NCBI RefSeq assembly: GCF_030028105.1
Contig: NC_092389.1
Coordinates: 58,839,241-58,903,240, forward strand
Length of the DNA: 64,000 nt
Direction: 5' to 3'
Source: Mobula birostris
Taxonomy: Eukaryota
Part shown: one piece after another, positions 38,338 to 49,967 of the stretch
How positions within the stretch are numbered: position 1 is the stretch's first letter
How the letters are laid out: the number at the start of each line of letters is the position of its first letter
Translations under genes and position numbers: made by a program
The notes under the pieces: generated by a model
Told to the model about the DNA's origin: nothing
Databases searched by the model: none
What the model saw: only the letters and a program-made list of their open reading frames with translations

Positions 38338-39486
38338 AAGTTTGAAATGATTCTTGCTCTGGGATTATCTCATGAGCAGGTGGTGGTGTCTGCTGATTTG
38401 GAGCTGTTACAAGTCTCAAGGTTGTTTCATTTGTACATGCATTAATAATAAATGCAGTTTGAATCTTGACCTCAGCTCTTGCTTCTTGATGGTTGAGGTA
38501 GACATTTTGTGAAGTGCTTGAAATGAGAGTTCGAGGGCACCTGCAGTTTTCGGAGACAGATGGGAAGGTTCTAAACCAAGGGGGATGAACTGAATTGGAT
38601 ACGGACACGAGTATATACGGGCAGGGTCAAGCANNNNNNNNNNNNNNNNNNNNNNNNNNNNNNNNNNNNNNNNNNNNNNNNNNNNNNNNNNNNNNNNNNN
38701 NNNNNNNNNNNNNNNNNNNNNNNNNNNNNNNNNNNNNNNNNNNNNNNNNNNNNNNNNNNNNNNNCAGAGACACGGACACACACATACGCACACAACCACA
38801 CTTCCTTATCTCCGTTTCCAGCTCTCTGCCGTGTTCTTTGACACATACGGGGTGATAGGATTAGACTGCTGAGTTTGATGACCATGCGTTATGGTTAGGG
38901 ATAGGTCCTGAACGCGCCCACAGATGTTCTGATTATGACTAAGTCACTGAAGATATTAGAGGGTTGCGTGGACGTGAAAGTGTTTATTCATCACCACAGA
39001 CATTTTCTTGGAGACCCTCTCGGTAGAGTCCCCCGAACACAAACTGCATTGCGAATTTATAATCTTGAGGAGAATGGTAACAGTAGGTGATTCAATACTA
39101 TTTCAAAAGCTACAATGACATAATTTACTTCAATATTCTGTGTTTGACAAATGGTTCCTTTGAAGTACATATTTACAGTAAAAGCACATTTAATTGTTAA
39201 GACACCTCAGAGGGTTCAGTTACCTTTGTTGGGACAAACTAACTCCCACAAATGTCTAAATAGTAATTCAGAAAATTAAACACAAACTGTCACCGCGGGT
39301 ATTGCAGCTGTCTGAGGTAATCGGCTTGTAAATACTGTAATGTGAAACCCTTTATTTTTAAATCTGTTGAATCTGTCCCTGTGGAGTAGCTAAATGGCAT
39401 TAAAACCACAGGCATGTGCTGCCTTAACATTTCACTCAGAGACACCGCGCAGGGGGACAAGTCACTGGACAGAGACAATATCTGCA

Positions 39487-39553
39487 ATGTTGGATAGGTA
39501 CGAGCGTGTGGCGAAAATGTTGTACGTGTTCATTGCCGTCATTGGAGTTCCTG
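39487..39553 (+). CDS. GPR139-like GPCR gene 4, exon 1 (MLDRYERVAKMLYVFIAVIGVP)
   Basis: ATG at 39487, phase-1 donor CCTG|GTGAGT, in frame with exon 2. Confidence 0.88.
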
Positions 39554-39889
39554 GTGAGTGAGCAGAGCAATTCATGTTTGGTATTTCTGAGTGTTAACCG
39601 GCGTGAACCTGTTTATGACAATTTTACAAGTTTCCCACTTGATGACCATTACAAAAATAATCGACAGAGATATCGATCCCGTCAGTTCAACACTCTCATG
39701 CTCAGTACGTATTGATAAGTGGAATTAAGCCTCTGTCTGTCTTTTAACTCACGGGATCGACTTGAACGATGTTCTTTCCTTTAATGACACCATGTCCAGA
39801 TTTATCCCAGTGTAGGGGAGGGGAATCTCCCCGTAAAGGGTTGACTGCGGGGGGGGGGGGGTGGGATGGTTACATTGTGAAGTTCCCTC

Positions 39890-41585
39890 TATAGAACATA
39901 GAACATAGAATAGTACAGCACAGTACAGGCCCTTCGGCCCACAATGTTGTGCCGAACCTCAAACCCTGCCTCCCATATAACCCCCCCCCACCTTAAATTC
40001 CTCCATGTACCTGTCTAGTAGTCTCTTAAACTTCACTAGTGTATCCGCCTCCACCACTGACTCAGGCAGTGCATTCCACGCAAAAAACACTCTCTGAGTG
40101 AAAAACCTTCCTCTAATATCCCCCTTGAACTTCCCACCCCTTATCTTAAAGCCATGCCCTCTTGTATTGAGTAGTGGTGCTTTGGGGAAGAGGCGCTGGC
40201 TATCCACTCTATCTATTCCTCTTATTATCTTGCACACCTATATCATGTCTCCTCTCATCCTCCTTCTCTCCAAAGAGTAAAGCCCTAGCTCCCTTAATCT
40301 CTGATCATAATGCATACTCTCTAAACCAGGCAGCATCCTGGTAAATCTCCTCTGTACCCTTTCCAATGCTTCCACATCCTTCCTATAGTGAGGCGACCAG
40401 AACTGGACATAGTACTCCAAGAGTGGCCTAACCAGAATTTTATAGAGCTGCATCATTACATCGCGACTCTTAAACTCTATCCCTCGACTTATGAAATCTA
40501 ACACCCCATAAGTTTTCTTAACTACCCTATCCACCTGTGAGGCAACTTTCCGGGATCTGTGGACATGTTCCCCCAGATCCCTCTGCTCTTCCACACTACC
40601 AAGTATCCTGCCATTTACTTTGTACTCTGCCTTGGAGTATGTCCTTTCAAAGTGTACCACCTCACACTTCTCCGGGTTGAAATCCATCTGCCACTTCTCG
40701 GTCCACTTCTGCATCCTATCAATGTCTCTCTGCAATCTTCGACAATCCTCTACGCTATCTACAACACCACCAACCTTTGTGTCGTCTGCAAACTTGCCAA
40801 CCCACCCTTCTACCCCCACATCCAGGTCGTTAATAAAAATCACGAAAAGTAGAGGTCCCAGAACAGATCCTTGTGGACACCACTAGTCACAATCCTCCAA
40901 TCTGAATGTACTCCCTCCACCACCACCCTCTGCCTTCTGCAGGCAAGCCAATTTTGAAGCCACCTGGCCAAACTTCCCTGGATCCCATGCCTTCTGACTT
41001 TCTGAATAAGCCTACCGTGTGGAAACTTGTCAAATATCTTACTAAAATCCATATAGATCACATCCACTGCACTACCCTCATCTATATGCCTGGTCACCTC
41101 CTCAAAGAACTCTATCAGGCTTGTTAGACACGATTTGCCCTTCACAAAGACATGCTGACTGTCCCTGATCAGACTATGATTCTCTAAATGCCCATAGATC
41201 CTATCTCTAAGTATCTTTTCCAACAGCTTTATCACCACAGACGTAAGGCTAACTGGTTTATAATTACCCGGACCACCCCTACTACCTTTTTTGAACAAGG
41301 GGACAACATTCGCCTCCCTCCAATCCCCCGGTACCATTCCCGTGGACAACGAGGACTTAAAGATCCCAGCCAGAGGCTAAGCGATCTCTTCCCTCGCCTC
41401 GTGGAGCAGCCTGGGGAATATTCCGTCAGGCCCCGGGGACTTATCCGTCCTAATGTATTTTAACAACTCCAACATCTCCTCTCCCTTAATATCAACATGC
41501 TCCAGAACATCAACCTCACTCATATTGTCCTCACCATCGTCAAGTTCCCTCTGATTGGTGAATACCGAATAAAAGTATTCATTGA
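39890..41585 (-). mobile_element. CR1 LINE, 5'-truncated, antisense in gene 4 intron
   Basis: RT ORFs 40840..41349, 40238..40843, 39959..40237 (KFADDTKV); (ATAGAAC)n tail at 39890. Confidence 0.95.
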
Positions 41586-41859
41586 GTATCTGAGATATTG
41601 ATCAGAGAAAACCCCTAGTCCTGTATTTCACCTCTCCCTGTGGAGATCACAGTCGGATCCCGCTGACTGTTGGTTAATAATTGGGTCCGATCACTTGGAT
41701 CAGAGTCCTTGGATCTGCTGACAAGAGTTATCAAATTGAACTGCGCTGTGGAATTAATCCTTAACGGACGCGCTCAGCCTCCGGTTACTAAGTTGTCGCT
41801 ACTTTCCCCTGAGATCCGTCGTAAATCGGGGCAGCGTTTCGTCCTGAAGACGGTCTCGG

Positions 41860-41935
41860 CCCGCATCAAGAGTTTGTTCAATTCCATGGATGCCGCCTGC
41901 CCTGCTGAGTTGCACCAGCATTTTGTGCGTGTTAC
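41860..41935 (+). repeat. Penelope-derived repeat with decayed hammerhead core, gene 4 intron
   Basis: gtcctgaagacggtctcggcccg...gcctgccctgctgagttgcaccagcattttgtg. Confidence 0.6.
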
Positions 41936-42289
41936 TCCCCTCTGTATCGCTTCTCGGCCCCCTCAGATGCTGAGTTTCCAGAGACCTGGTGAGTCACGGT
42001 TAAATCGGTGAAACCGGCCCCATCAGCGACTGGAATCGGGATCAGCACCGATTGTTCTTCTCCATGTCGCTCGTTCTTATCGCCGACGATTGCCGACTCA
42101 TCATCTTATCTGCACACTGAAGAAGGCAGGTTAGAGACAGTGTGACCCGTGTCTATTGTTAGATTAGCAGCCGCTCACAGAGTCTAGCACTCCTGAGGTT
42201 CAGCTGAAACCCGATCCCGGGTCAATTCCCGGAAAATAAATTCAGTTATGCCCACTGTCTGCCCTCTCTCTCTGTCTCCCCCTCTCCAG

Positions 42290-43197
42290 TGAATTTAGTG
42301 GCGATTGTGATCCTGTCCCGGGGAAAGTGCGGCCTCTCTACCTGCACCACTCGCTACCTGGTGGCCATGGCAGCGGCCGATCTACTGACCATTGTCACCC
42401 AGGTCATTTTGTATCGAATTAATGTGTATTACTTCCCGTGGAGTTTTCTGAGCATCACCCCTGTGTGCAGTGTTATCGAAGTCCTGACGTTCACAGCCAC
42501 AGACTGTTCTGTCTGGTTCACCGTCACTTTTACCTTTGATCGGTTTGTCGCCATTTGCTGCCAAAAGGTGAAAACAAAATATTGCACCGGGAAAACTGCG
42601 GCTGTGGTTCTGACAACAACCGGCGCAATGTGCTTTCTGAAACACGTCCCCCGGTACTTCACACTCGAACCCAGAGTGATCATCGGCGACGTACTGTGGT
42701 TCTGTGTGATGAAAGACAATTACTTCACCGACCCCGGGTGGGTGGGATATGACTGGTTCGATACGGTTTTAACTCCGTTCCTGCCTTTCGCTGGGATCCT
42801 GCTGCTCAACGCTCTGACAGTCAGGCACATTTTAGTGGCCAGTCGGGTCCGTAAGGGGCTGAAGGGTCAGAGCAAGGGGGAGAACCGCAGTGACCCGGAG
42901 ATGGAGAGCAGGAGGAGGTCTGTGGTTTTACTCTTCAGCCTCTCCGGCAGCTTCATCCTCCTGTGGATGACATACGTTGTAAATTTCATTTATTATCAGG
43001 TCTCAGGAAAAGGATTCGATTTCAATGATTCTGAACGGATCTTTCAGCTCGTCGGGTTTTTGCTGAGGGATTTCAGCTGTTGCATCAACACATTTATTTA
43101 CGCGGTGACTCAGTCAAAATTTAGGGAGCAGGTGATCAGCGCGGTGAAATATCCGGTCTCCTCGGTGCTTCAGTTGATTAATAAAGCCGCGTCCTGA
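42290..43197 (+). CDS. GPR139-like GPCR gene 4, exon 2 (intact; 324 aa spliced)
   Basis: Acceptor cctctccag|TG AAT TTA; YLVAMAAADLL, FTFDRFVAICC, CINTFIYAVT; close paralog of gene 1. Confidence 0.94.
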
Positions 43198-43994
43198 GCA
43201 CAAACCAGAGGCGGCCGCAGTGTCTCCAGTCCGGGCTGTGGCTCCTCACGATCACCGCCTGATCTCCCAGCTATTAATCCCCGGCGGATTGTTCCATCGA
43301 CCGGCAGGTACGGGACATTAGGATAGTGTGTCGGGGGTGGGGGGGGGATAAGCAAAACATCGTTCTGGAGACTGATTACAGTCCTTCATTAGGCCCGCCA
43401 GATGTCAGTCACAGAACTACTGCAGAATGCGCACATCCATTAGTCTGTGGATATGTCCATCTAATCCGATTCCGCCTACCAACCTCACAGTCCGACGTTA
43501 CAAGACGGCTGCGGTCTAGTCTGATGCTGGTTGGCTAATCCAATGACAATCACAACAGTCTCCGCCTTCCCATTTAATGATTGGCCAACGTGTTGAAGTA
43601 GCGCGGGCTTTGCATAAACGGCGATTGACACTCCAAATTAAAGTCGCATTTACGCGACTACGGAACTGAGGTGTGGTGTAGAGAATTGGGAAACAACGCT
43701 TACTAAAAGCTAAATTACCCCCCCAAATCCCCATAGATTGTACGTAATGAAACACAGTATCGCAAATTAAATTAAAGACACTCCCATAATTTGAGAAATT
43801 TTTCAAATGAAAGCTTTCAAACAACAAAGATTGTAGTGAAGCTGCATTTGATTTCCTTCTGCCTGATATGCTTCACCCTGAAATAGTATCTGTTCAACTG
43901 TTTCAAATGACAAAACCGACAAGACTCGGAATCATGTGTTCCAAAAAGATAGAAGAAATACTCAATCGTACAATACACAATTCTCAGTCGTTTC

Positions 43995-44800
43995 AATATA
44001 ATTCCCCCCCCCTTATTGTTTTATCCCTTTTCCAATAGACCTAACTGTGATGTATTCTGCAAAGTTGTCTCCTCCCATGCCCATTATCCCAGCAGACCTG
44101 CAATTCTTACCACACCATCCCCTTAACTTCTGCTTTGCTTGGTGGAAGGTCTTTATCCACAGTTGAAATTTGAACAGCTTTTGTAACTAAAGCTCTAAGT
44201 GCAAGAATCCATAACAAGTGGACATAGAAACCAATACTCTGTATGAAATAATGTTTGATCAATTTCCAATAGTAAATCTGACTGACTGCTAGAGTAACCT
44301 GTTTTAAGACTCATCAAATTCGAAAAGGTATTGAACACTTTACATAGTCAAATTTCCTCCACCCACTGTAATTCTATTTTATATACTGATAAATGATTGG
44401 TAAGTTGTTTATTTATCGTTACCTGTAGTTCAGGCACAACAAACAGCTACATCAACATTCATAGTTGACCTATACTTTGATTCTTCTGTAAGAATGGTAA
44501 CAGATCATGATAATTTTGCTTCATAAACTGAGAACCAACAGACTCTCAGGCATAACAGAATGCTTTGACTTTATTAAACTGTGTAACCTGAGACCAACTA
44601 GTCATAGGGAGAAGATGGTGTTTCAGAGAACGTGACAGTGAGCATTTGCGTAATCCAACAATCCCATTTTCCCAGCGTGATAAGATCCCAGCCTCCTAAA
44701 ACTAAAAACACTCTTCCTGTGATGCTCCCAACAGTTCTCTTACACAACTGCAACAGGATGATCATTTCATTGTCCAGTCAACTTAATCCAGTGTGTTAAC
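43995..44800 (-). mobile_element. Possible decayed LTR/ERV remnant
   Basis: PPT-like aagggggggggaa on minus near 44002-44014 and AATAAA near 44570; no ORF recognisable. Confidence 0.25.
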
Positions 44801-44829
44801 ATTAACTGCAATCTCCACAATTGATTAGA

Positions 44830-45748
44830 TTAAATTGGATTAGATCAACTTTATTGCCATTGTGCCGAGTACAGATGCAAAGCCAATGAGATGCAGTTAA
44901 CATCTGACCAGAAATGCAAAGAAGTGTTATTTTCAAAATAGCTGCAAATAAAAAAGTGCTACAGCACACAAATATAACAGTACTGAGACAGTACAACATG
45001 GATGTAATACTGCTTAGCGCTGTGATGAGAGGTTCAGCAGTGTCACAGCCTCAGGGAAGAAGCTCTTCCTGTGTCTGCTGGTGCGGGAGTGGAGGCTCCT
45101 GGAGCGCCTACCGGATGGGAGGAGAGTAAAAAGTCCATAGTTAGGGTGAGATGCATCCTTGATAATGCTTTTCACTCTGCCCAGGCAGCGTTTATGGTAG
45201 ATGTTCTCAACGGTGAGCAATTGGGTGCCGATAATCCGCTGGGCAGTTTTCACCACACGCTGGAGTGCTTTGCGGTCTGAAACGGTACAACTGCCATACG
45301 ACACTAAGATACATTCGGTGATTATGCTCTCAATGGTACAGTGGTAAAAGTCCATCAGTATCCTGGGACAGAGGTGAGCTGTCTTGATGCTCCACAGGAA
45401 ATAAAGGCGCTGTTGCGCCTTTTTCATCAGGATGGCGGAGTTCAGGGACCAGGTGAGATCCTCGGAAATGTGGACACCAAGCAATTTTAAGCTTGATACA
45501 CGGTCCATTACAGTTCCGTTGATGTAGATGGGGATGTGAGTGTGACTCTTAGCATGCCTGAAGTCCACAATTATCTCCTTGGTCTCCTGGGTGTTAAGGG
45601 CCAGATTGTTGTCGGCACACCATGAGGCCATGTGCTGGACCTCGTCTCTGTAGCCCGTCTCGTCATCCCCTCTGATCAGGCCAACCACCGTGGTGTCATC
45701 TGTGAAGTCGATTATGGAGTTAGAACCATGTAGAGGAACGCAGTCATA
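44830..45748 (-). mobile_element. Rex1/Babar LINE, 5'-truncated (RT C-terminal half)
   Basis: ORF 45014..45964: FTDDTTVVGLI, WCADNNLALNTQETKEIIVDFR, KKAQQRLYFL, LLPSGRR. Confidence 0.92.
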
Positions 45749-46029
45749 GGTTTCAGTCGAAGCAAGCAGCTGGGAAGAAGAGAGTGAAGAAATCGGGTAA
45801 AAAAAAGTCATTTTTTTTAAACACTGCTCGGGGAGAAGGGTCTGCACTGCGCAGGCGCGTGACGTAGCGTGCCAAGGTTTAAAAGCAGACCACCATATAC
45901 AACGGCCATCGCCGGAGTGGACTGAGTCAGAGTGGGACGGCTTTGGCTCAACAGGCTTCGGCAAGAACAGGCAGAGGCCAGGGTAGGTTCCGGTAAGTTT
46001 CTTTGTTCAGATTGTTCAGAGTACAGAGA

Positions 46030-46965
46030 ATGCCAGGCAGGATGTTGGAATGCTCCTCTTGCAGGATGTGGGAAGTCAGGGAGCCCTCTGGTGTCCCGGA
46101 CAACGACACCTGCAAGAAGTGCATCCAGCTGCAGCTCCTAACAAACCGCGTTAGGGAACTGGAGCAGGAGCTGGATACCTGCGGATCATTCAGGACAATG
46201 AGGAGATTAGAGATAGTAGCTACAGGGAGGTAGTTACGCCTAAGGAGCAGAGGACAGGAAATTGGGTCACTATGAGGCGAGGGAAGAGGAAAGGGCAGGC
46301 AGAGCAGGGTTCCCCGGTGGCCATTCCCCTCAACAACAAGTACACCGCATTGGATACTGTTGGGGGGGGATGACTTACCTGGGACTAGCTGCAGTAGCCG
46401 GATCTCTGGCACTGAGTCTGGCTCTGCAATGCAGAAGGGAGGGGGGAAAAAGAGGACAGCGGTAGTGATAGGGGACTCGATAGTTAGCGGTGCAGATAGG
46501 AGGTTCTGTGGTCGTGACAGAGAATCCAGGATGGCTTGTTACCTCCCGGGTGCCAGGGTCAAGGATGTCTCTCATCGCTTGCATGACATTCCGAAGTGGG
46601 AGGGTGATCAGCCAAATGTTGTGGTGCACATCGGTACCAATGACATAGCAAGGAAGAGTGAGGAGGTCCTGGAGAGTGAGTATGGAGAGCTTGGTAGGAA
46701 GTTGAAAAGCAGGAGCTCAAGGGTGGTAATCTCAGGATTGCTACCTGTGCTACGTGCCAGTGAGGGTAGGAATAGGATGCTCTGGAGGATGAACAAGTGG
46801 CTAAGGAAATGCTGTAGGGGGCAGGGTTTCAGATTTCAGGATCATTGGGACCTCTTCTGGGGCAGGTGGGACCTGTACAAGAGAGACGGGTTACACTTGA
46901 ACTACAGGGGGACCAATATCCTTTCAGGGAGATTTGTTAATGCTATTGGGGAGGCTTTAAACTAG
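46030..46965 (+). pseudogene. CR1 ORF1 (Cys zinc finger/leucine zipper + SGNH esterase), disrupted
   Basis: CSSC...CKKC, LQLLTNRVRELEQEL; VIGDS, HIGTND, DGLHL; frame break near 46180-46233. Confidence 0.88.
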
Positions 46966-46967
46966 AT

Positions 46968-49870
46968 TTGCAGGGGGATGGGAACCAGAGTGCCAGAGCT
47001 GACAGTGTGGCTGGGGTGAAAATAAATGTTAAAAGTTCAAGCAAATCCGCTAATAGAAAGGTTGTGAGTGGTGGTAAAAATCTTCTGCGGTGTATATATT
47101 TCAATGCTAGGAGTATTGCGGGGAAGGTGGATGAGTTGAGGGCGTGGATTGACACATGGAATTATGATGTTATAGCAATTAGTGAAACTTGGCTACAGGA
47201 GGGGCAGGACTGGCAGCTTAATATTCCAGGGTTCCAATGTTTCAGATGTGATCGAGGCAGAGGAATGAATGGTGGGGGAGTAGCATTGCTTGTTCGGGAA
47301 AATATTACAGCAGTGCTCTGGCAGGACAGATTAGAGGGCTTGTCTACTGAGTCCTTATGGGTGGAGCTGAGAAACAGGAAAGGTATGGCCAGATTAGGGG
47401 GATTGTATTACAGACCACCCAATAGTCAACGAGAATTGAAAGAGTAAATCTGCAGAGAGATAGCAGACAACTGCAGGAAACATAAAGTTGTGGTGGTAGG
47501 GGATTTTAATTTTCCATACATTGATTGGGACTCCCATACTGTTAGGGGTCTAGATAGTTTAGAGTTTGTAAAATATGTTCAGGAAAGTTTTCTAAATCAG
47601 TATATAGAGGGACCAACTAGAGGGGATGCATTATTGGATCTCCTGTTAGGAAACGAGTTAGGACAGGTGACGGAAGTCTGTGTAGGGGAGCGGTTTGGTT
47701 CCAGTGATCATAACACCATTAGTTTCAACTTGATCATGGACAAGGATAGATCTGGTCCTAGCGTTGAGTTTCTGAACTGGAAGAAGGCCAAATTTGAAGA
47801 AATGAGAAAGGATCGAAAAAGTGTGGATTGGGACAGGTTGTTCTCTGGCAAGGATGTGATTGGTAGGTGGGAAGCCTTAAAAGGAGAAATTTTGAGAGTG
47901 CAGAGTTTGTATGTTCCTGTCAGGATTAAAAGCAAAATGAATAGGAATAAGGAACGTTGGTTCTCAAGGGATATTGCAACTCTGATAAAGAAGAAGAGGG
48001 AGTTGTATGACATGTATAGGAAACAGGGAGTAAATAAGGTGCTTGAGGAGTATAAGAAGTGCAAGAAAATACTTAAGAAAGAAATCAGGAGGGCTAAAAG
48101 AAGACATGAAGTTGCCTTGGCAGTCAAAGTGAAGGATAATCCAAAGAGCTTTTACAGGTATATTAAGAGCAAAAGGATTGTAAGGGATAAAATTGGTCCT
48201 CTTGAAGATCAGAGTGGTCTTTTATGTGTGGAACCAAAGGAAATGGGGGAGATCTTAAATCGCTTTTTTGCGTCTGTATTTACTAAGGAAGCTGGCATGA
48301 AGTCTATGGAATTAAGGGAAACAAGTAGTGAGATCATGGAAACTGTACAGATTGAAAAGGAGGAGGTGCTTGCTGTCTTGAGGAAAATTAAAGTGGATAA
48401 ATCCTCAGGACCTGACAGGGTGTTCCCTTGGACTTTGAAGGAGACTAGTGTTGAAATTGCAGGGGCCCTGGCAGAAATATTTAAAATGTCGCTGTCTACA
48501 GGTGAGGTGCCGGAGGATTGGAGAGTAGCTCATGTTGTTCCGTTGTTTAAAAAAGCATCGAAAAGTAATCCGGGTAATTATAGGCCGGTAAGTTTAGCGT
48601 CGGTAGTAGGTAAGTTATTGGAAGGAGTACTCAGAGACAGAATCTACAAGCATTTGGATAGACAGGGACTTATTAGGGAGAGTCAACATGGCTTTGTACG
48701 TGGTAGGTCATGTTTGACCAATCTATTGGTGTTTTTCAAGGAGGTTACCAGGAAAGTGGATGAAGGGAAGGCAGTGGATATCCTCTACATGGACTTCAGT
48801 AAGGCCTTTGACAAGGTCCCGCATGGGAGGTTAGTTAGGAAAATTCAGTCGCTAGGTATACATGGAGAGGTGGTAAATTGGATTAGATATTCGCTCGATG
48901 GAAGAAGCCAGAGAGTGGTGGTAGAGAATTGCTTCTCCGAGTGGAGGCCTGTGACTAGTGGTGTGCCACAGGGATCAGTGCTGGGTCCATTGTTATTTGT
49001 CATCTATATCAATGATCTGGATGATAATGTGGTAAATTGGATCAGCAAATTTGCTGATGATACAAAGATTGGAGGTGTAGTAGACAGTGAGGAAGGTTTT
49101 CAGAGCCTGCAGAGGGACTTGGACCAGCTGGAAAAATGGGCTGAAAAATGGCAGATGGAGTTTAATACAGACAAGTGTGAGGTATTGCACGTTGGAAGGA
49201 CAAACCAAGGTAGAACATACAGGGTTAATGGTAAGGCACTGAGGAGTACAGTAGAACAGAGGGATCTGGGAATACAGATACAAAATTCCCTAAAAGTGGC
49301 GTCATAGGTAGATAGGGTCATAAAGAGAGCTTTTGGTACATTGGCATTTATTAATCAAATTATTGAGTATAAGAGCTGGAATGTTATGATGAGGTTGTAT
49401 AAGGCATTGGTGAGGCCGAATCTGGAGTATTATGTTCAGTTTTGGTCACCAATTTACAGAAGGATATAAATAAGGTTGAAAGAGTGCAGAGAAGGTTTAC
49501 AAGGATGTTGCCAGGACTTGAAAAACTCAGTTACAGAGAAAGGTTGAAAAGGTTAGGACTTTATTCCCTGGAGCGTAGAAGAATGTGGGGAGATTTGATA
49601 GAGGTGTATAAAATTATGATGGGTATAGATAGAGTGAATGCAAGCAGGCTTTTTCCACTGAGGCACAGGGAGAAAAAAACCAGAGGACATGGGTTAAGGG
49701 TGAGGGGGGAAAAGTTTAAAAGGATCATTAGGGGGGAGCTTCTTCACACAGAGAGTGGTGGGAGTATGGAATGAGCTGCCAGACGAGGTGGTAAATGCGG
49801 GTTCTTTTTTAACATTTAAGAATTTTTTGGATAGATACACAGATGGGAGGTGTATGGAGGGATATGGTCC
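46968..49870 (+). pseudogene. CR1 ORF2 (APE endonuclease + RT), disrupted
   Basis: YFNARS, GDFN, QGSVLGP, KFADDTK; stops ending at 47447 and 49307, frameshift near 49450. Confidence 0.92.
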
Positions 49871-49967
49871 ATGTGCAGGTCAGTGGGACTAGGCAGAAAA
49901 TGGTTTGGCACAGCCAAGAAGGGCCAAAAGGCCTGTTTCTGTGCTGTAGTTTTTCTATGGTTTCTAT

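Larger units (their letters stand above)
7077..38764. other. N blocks at 7077-7229, 9972-10245, 18255-18401, 25949-26095, 29447-29619, 34242-34397, 38634-38764
   Basis: Direct reading; several coincide with low-complexity or repeat sequence in the paralogous copy. Confidence 0.99.
45750..49966 (+). mobile_element. Near full-length CR1 LINE
   Basis: CpG-rich 5' UTR, ORF1, ORF2 with APE and RT, 3' end gtagtttttctatggtttctat. Confidence 0.95.

Noticed and set aside
7037-38885. ORFs spanning N blocks
   Set aside because: Length comes from undetermined bases
39872-41552. aagttccctct on both sides of the intronic CR1 as a target-site duplication
   Set aside because: The right-hand copy lies inside CR1 ORF2 sequence (LNEYFYSVFTNQRELDD), so it is not a flank
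45749-45964. 316-aa ORF 45014..45964 as a novel fusion protein
   Set aside because: Chance read-through from the antisense CR1 5' UTR into a 5'-truncated Rex1 RT fragment
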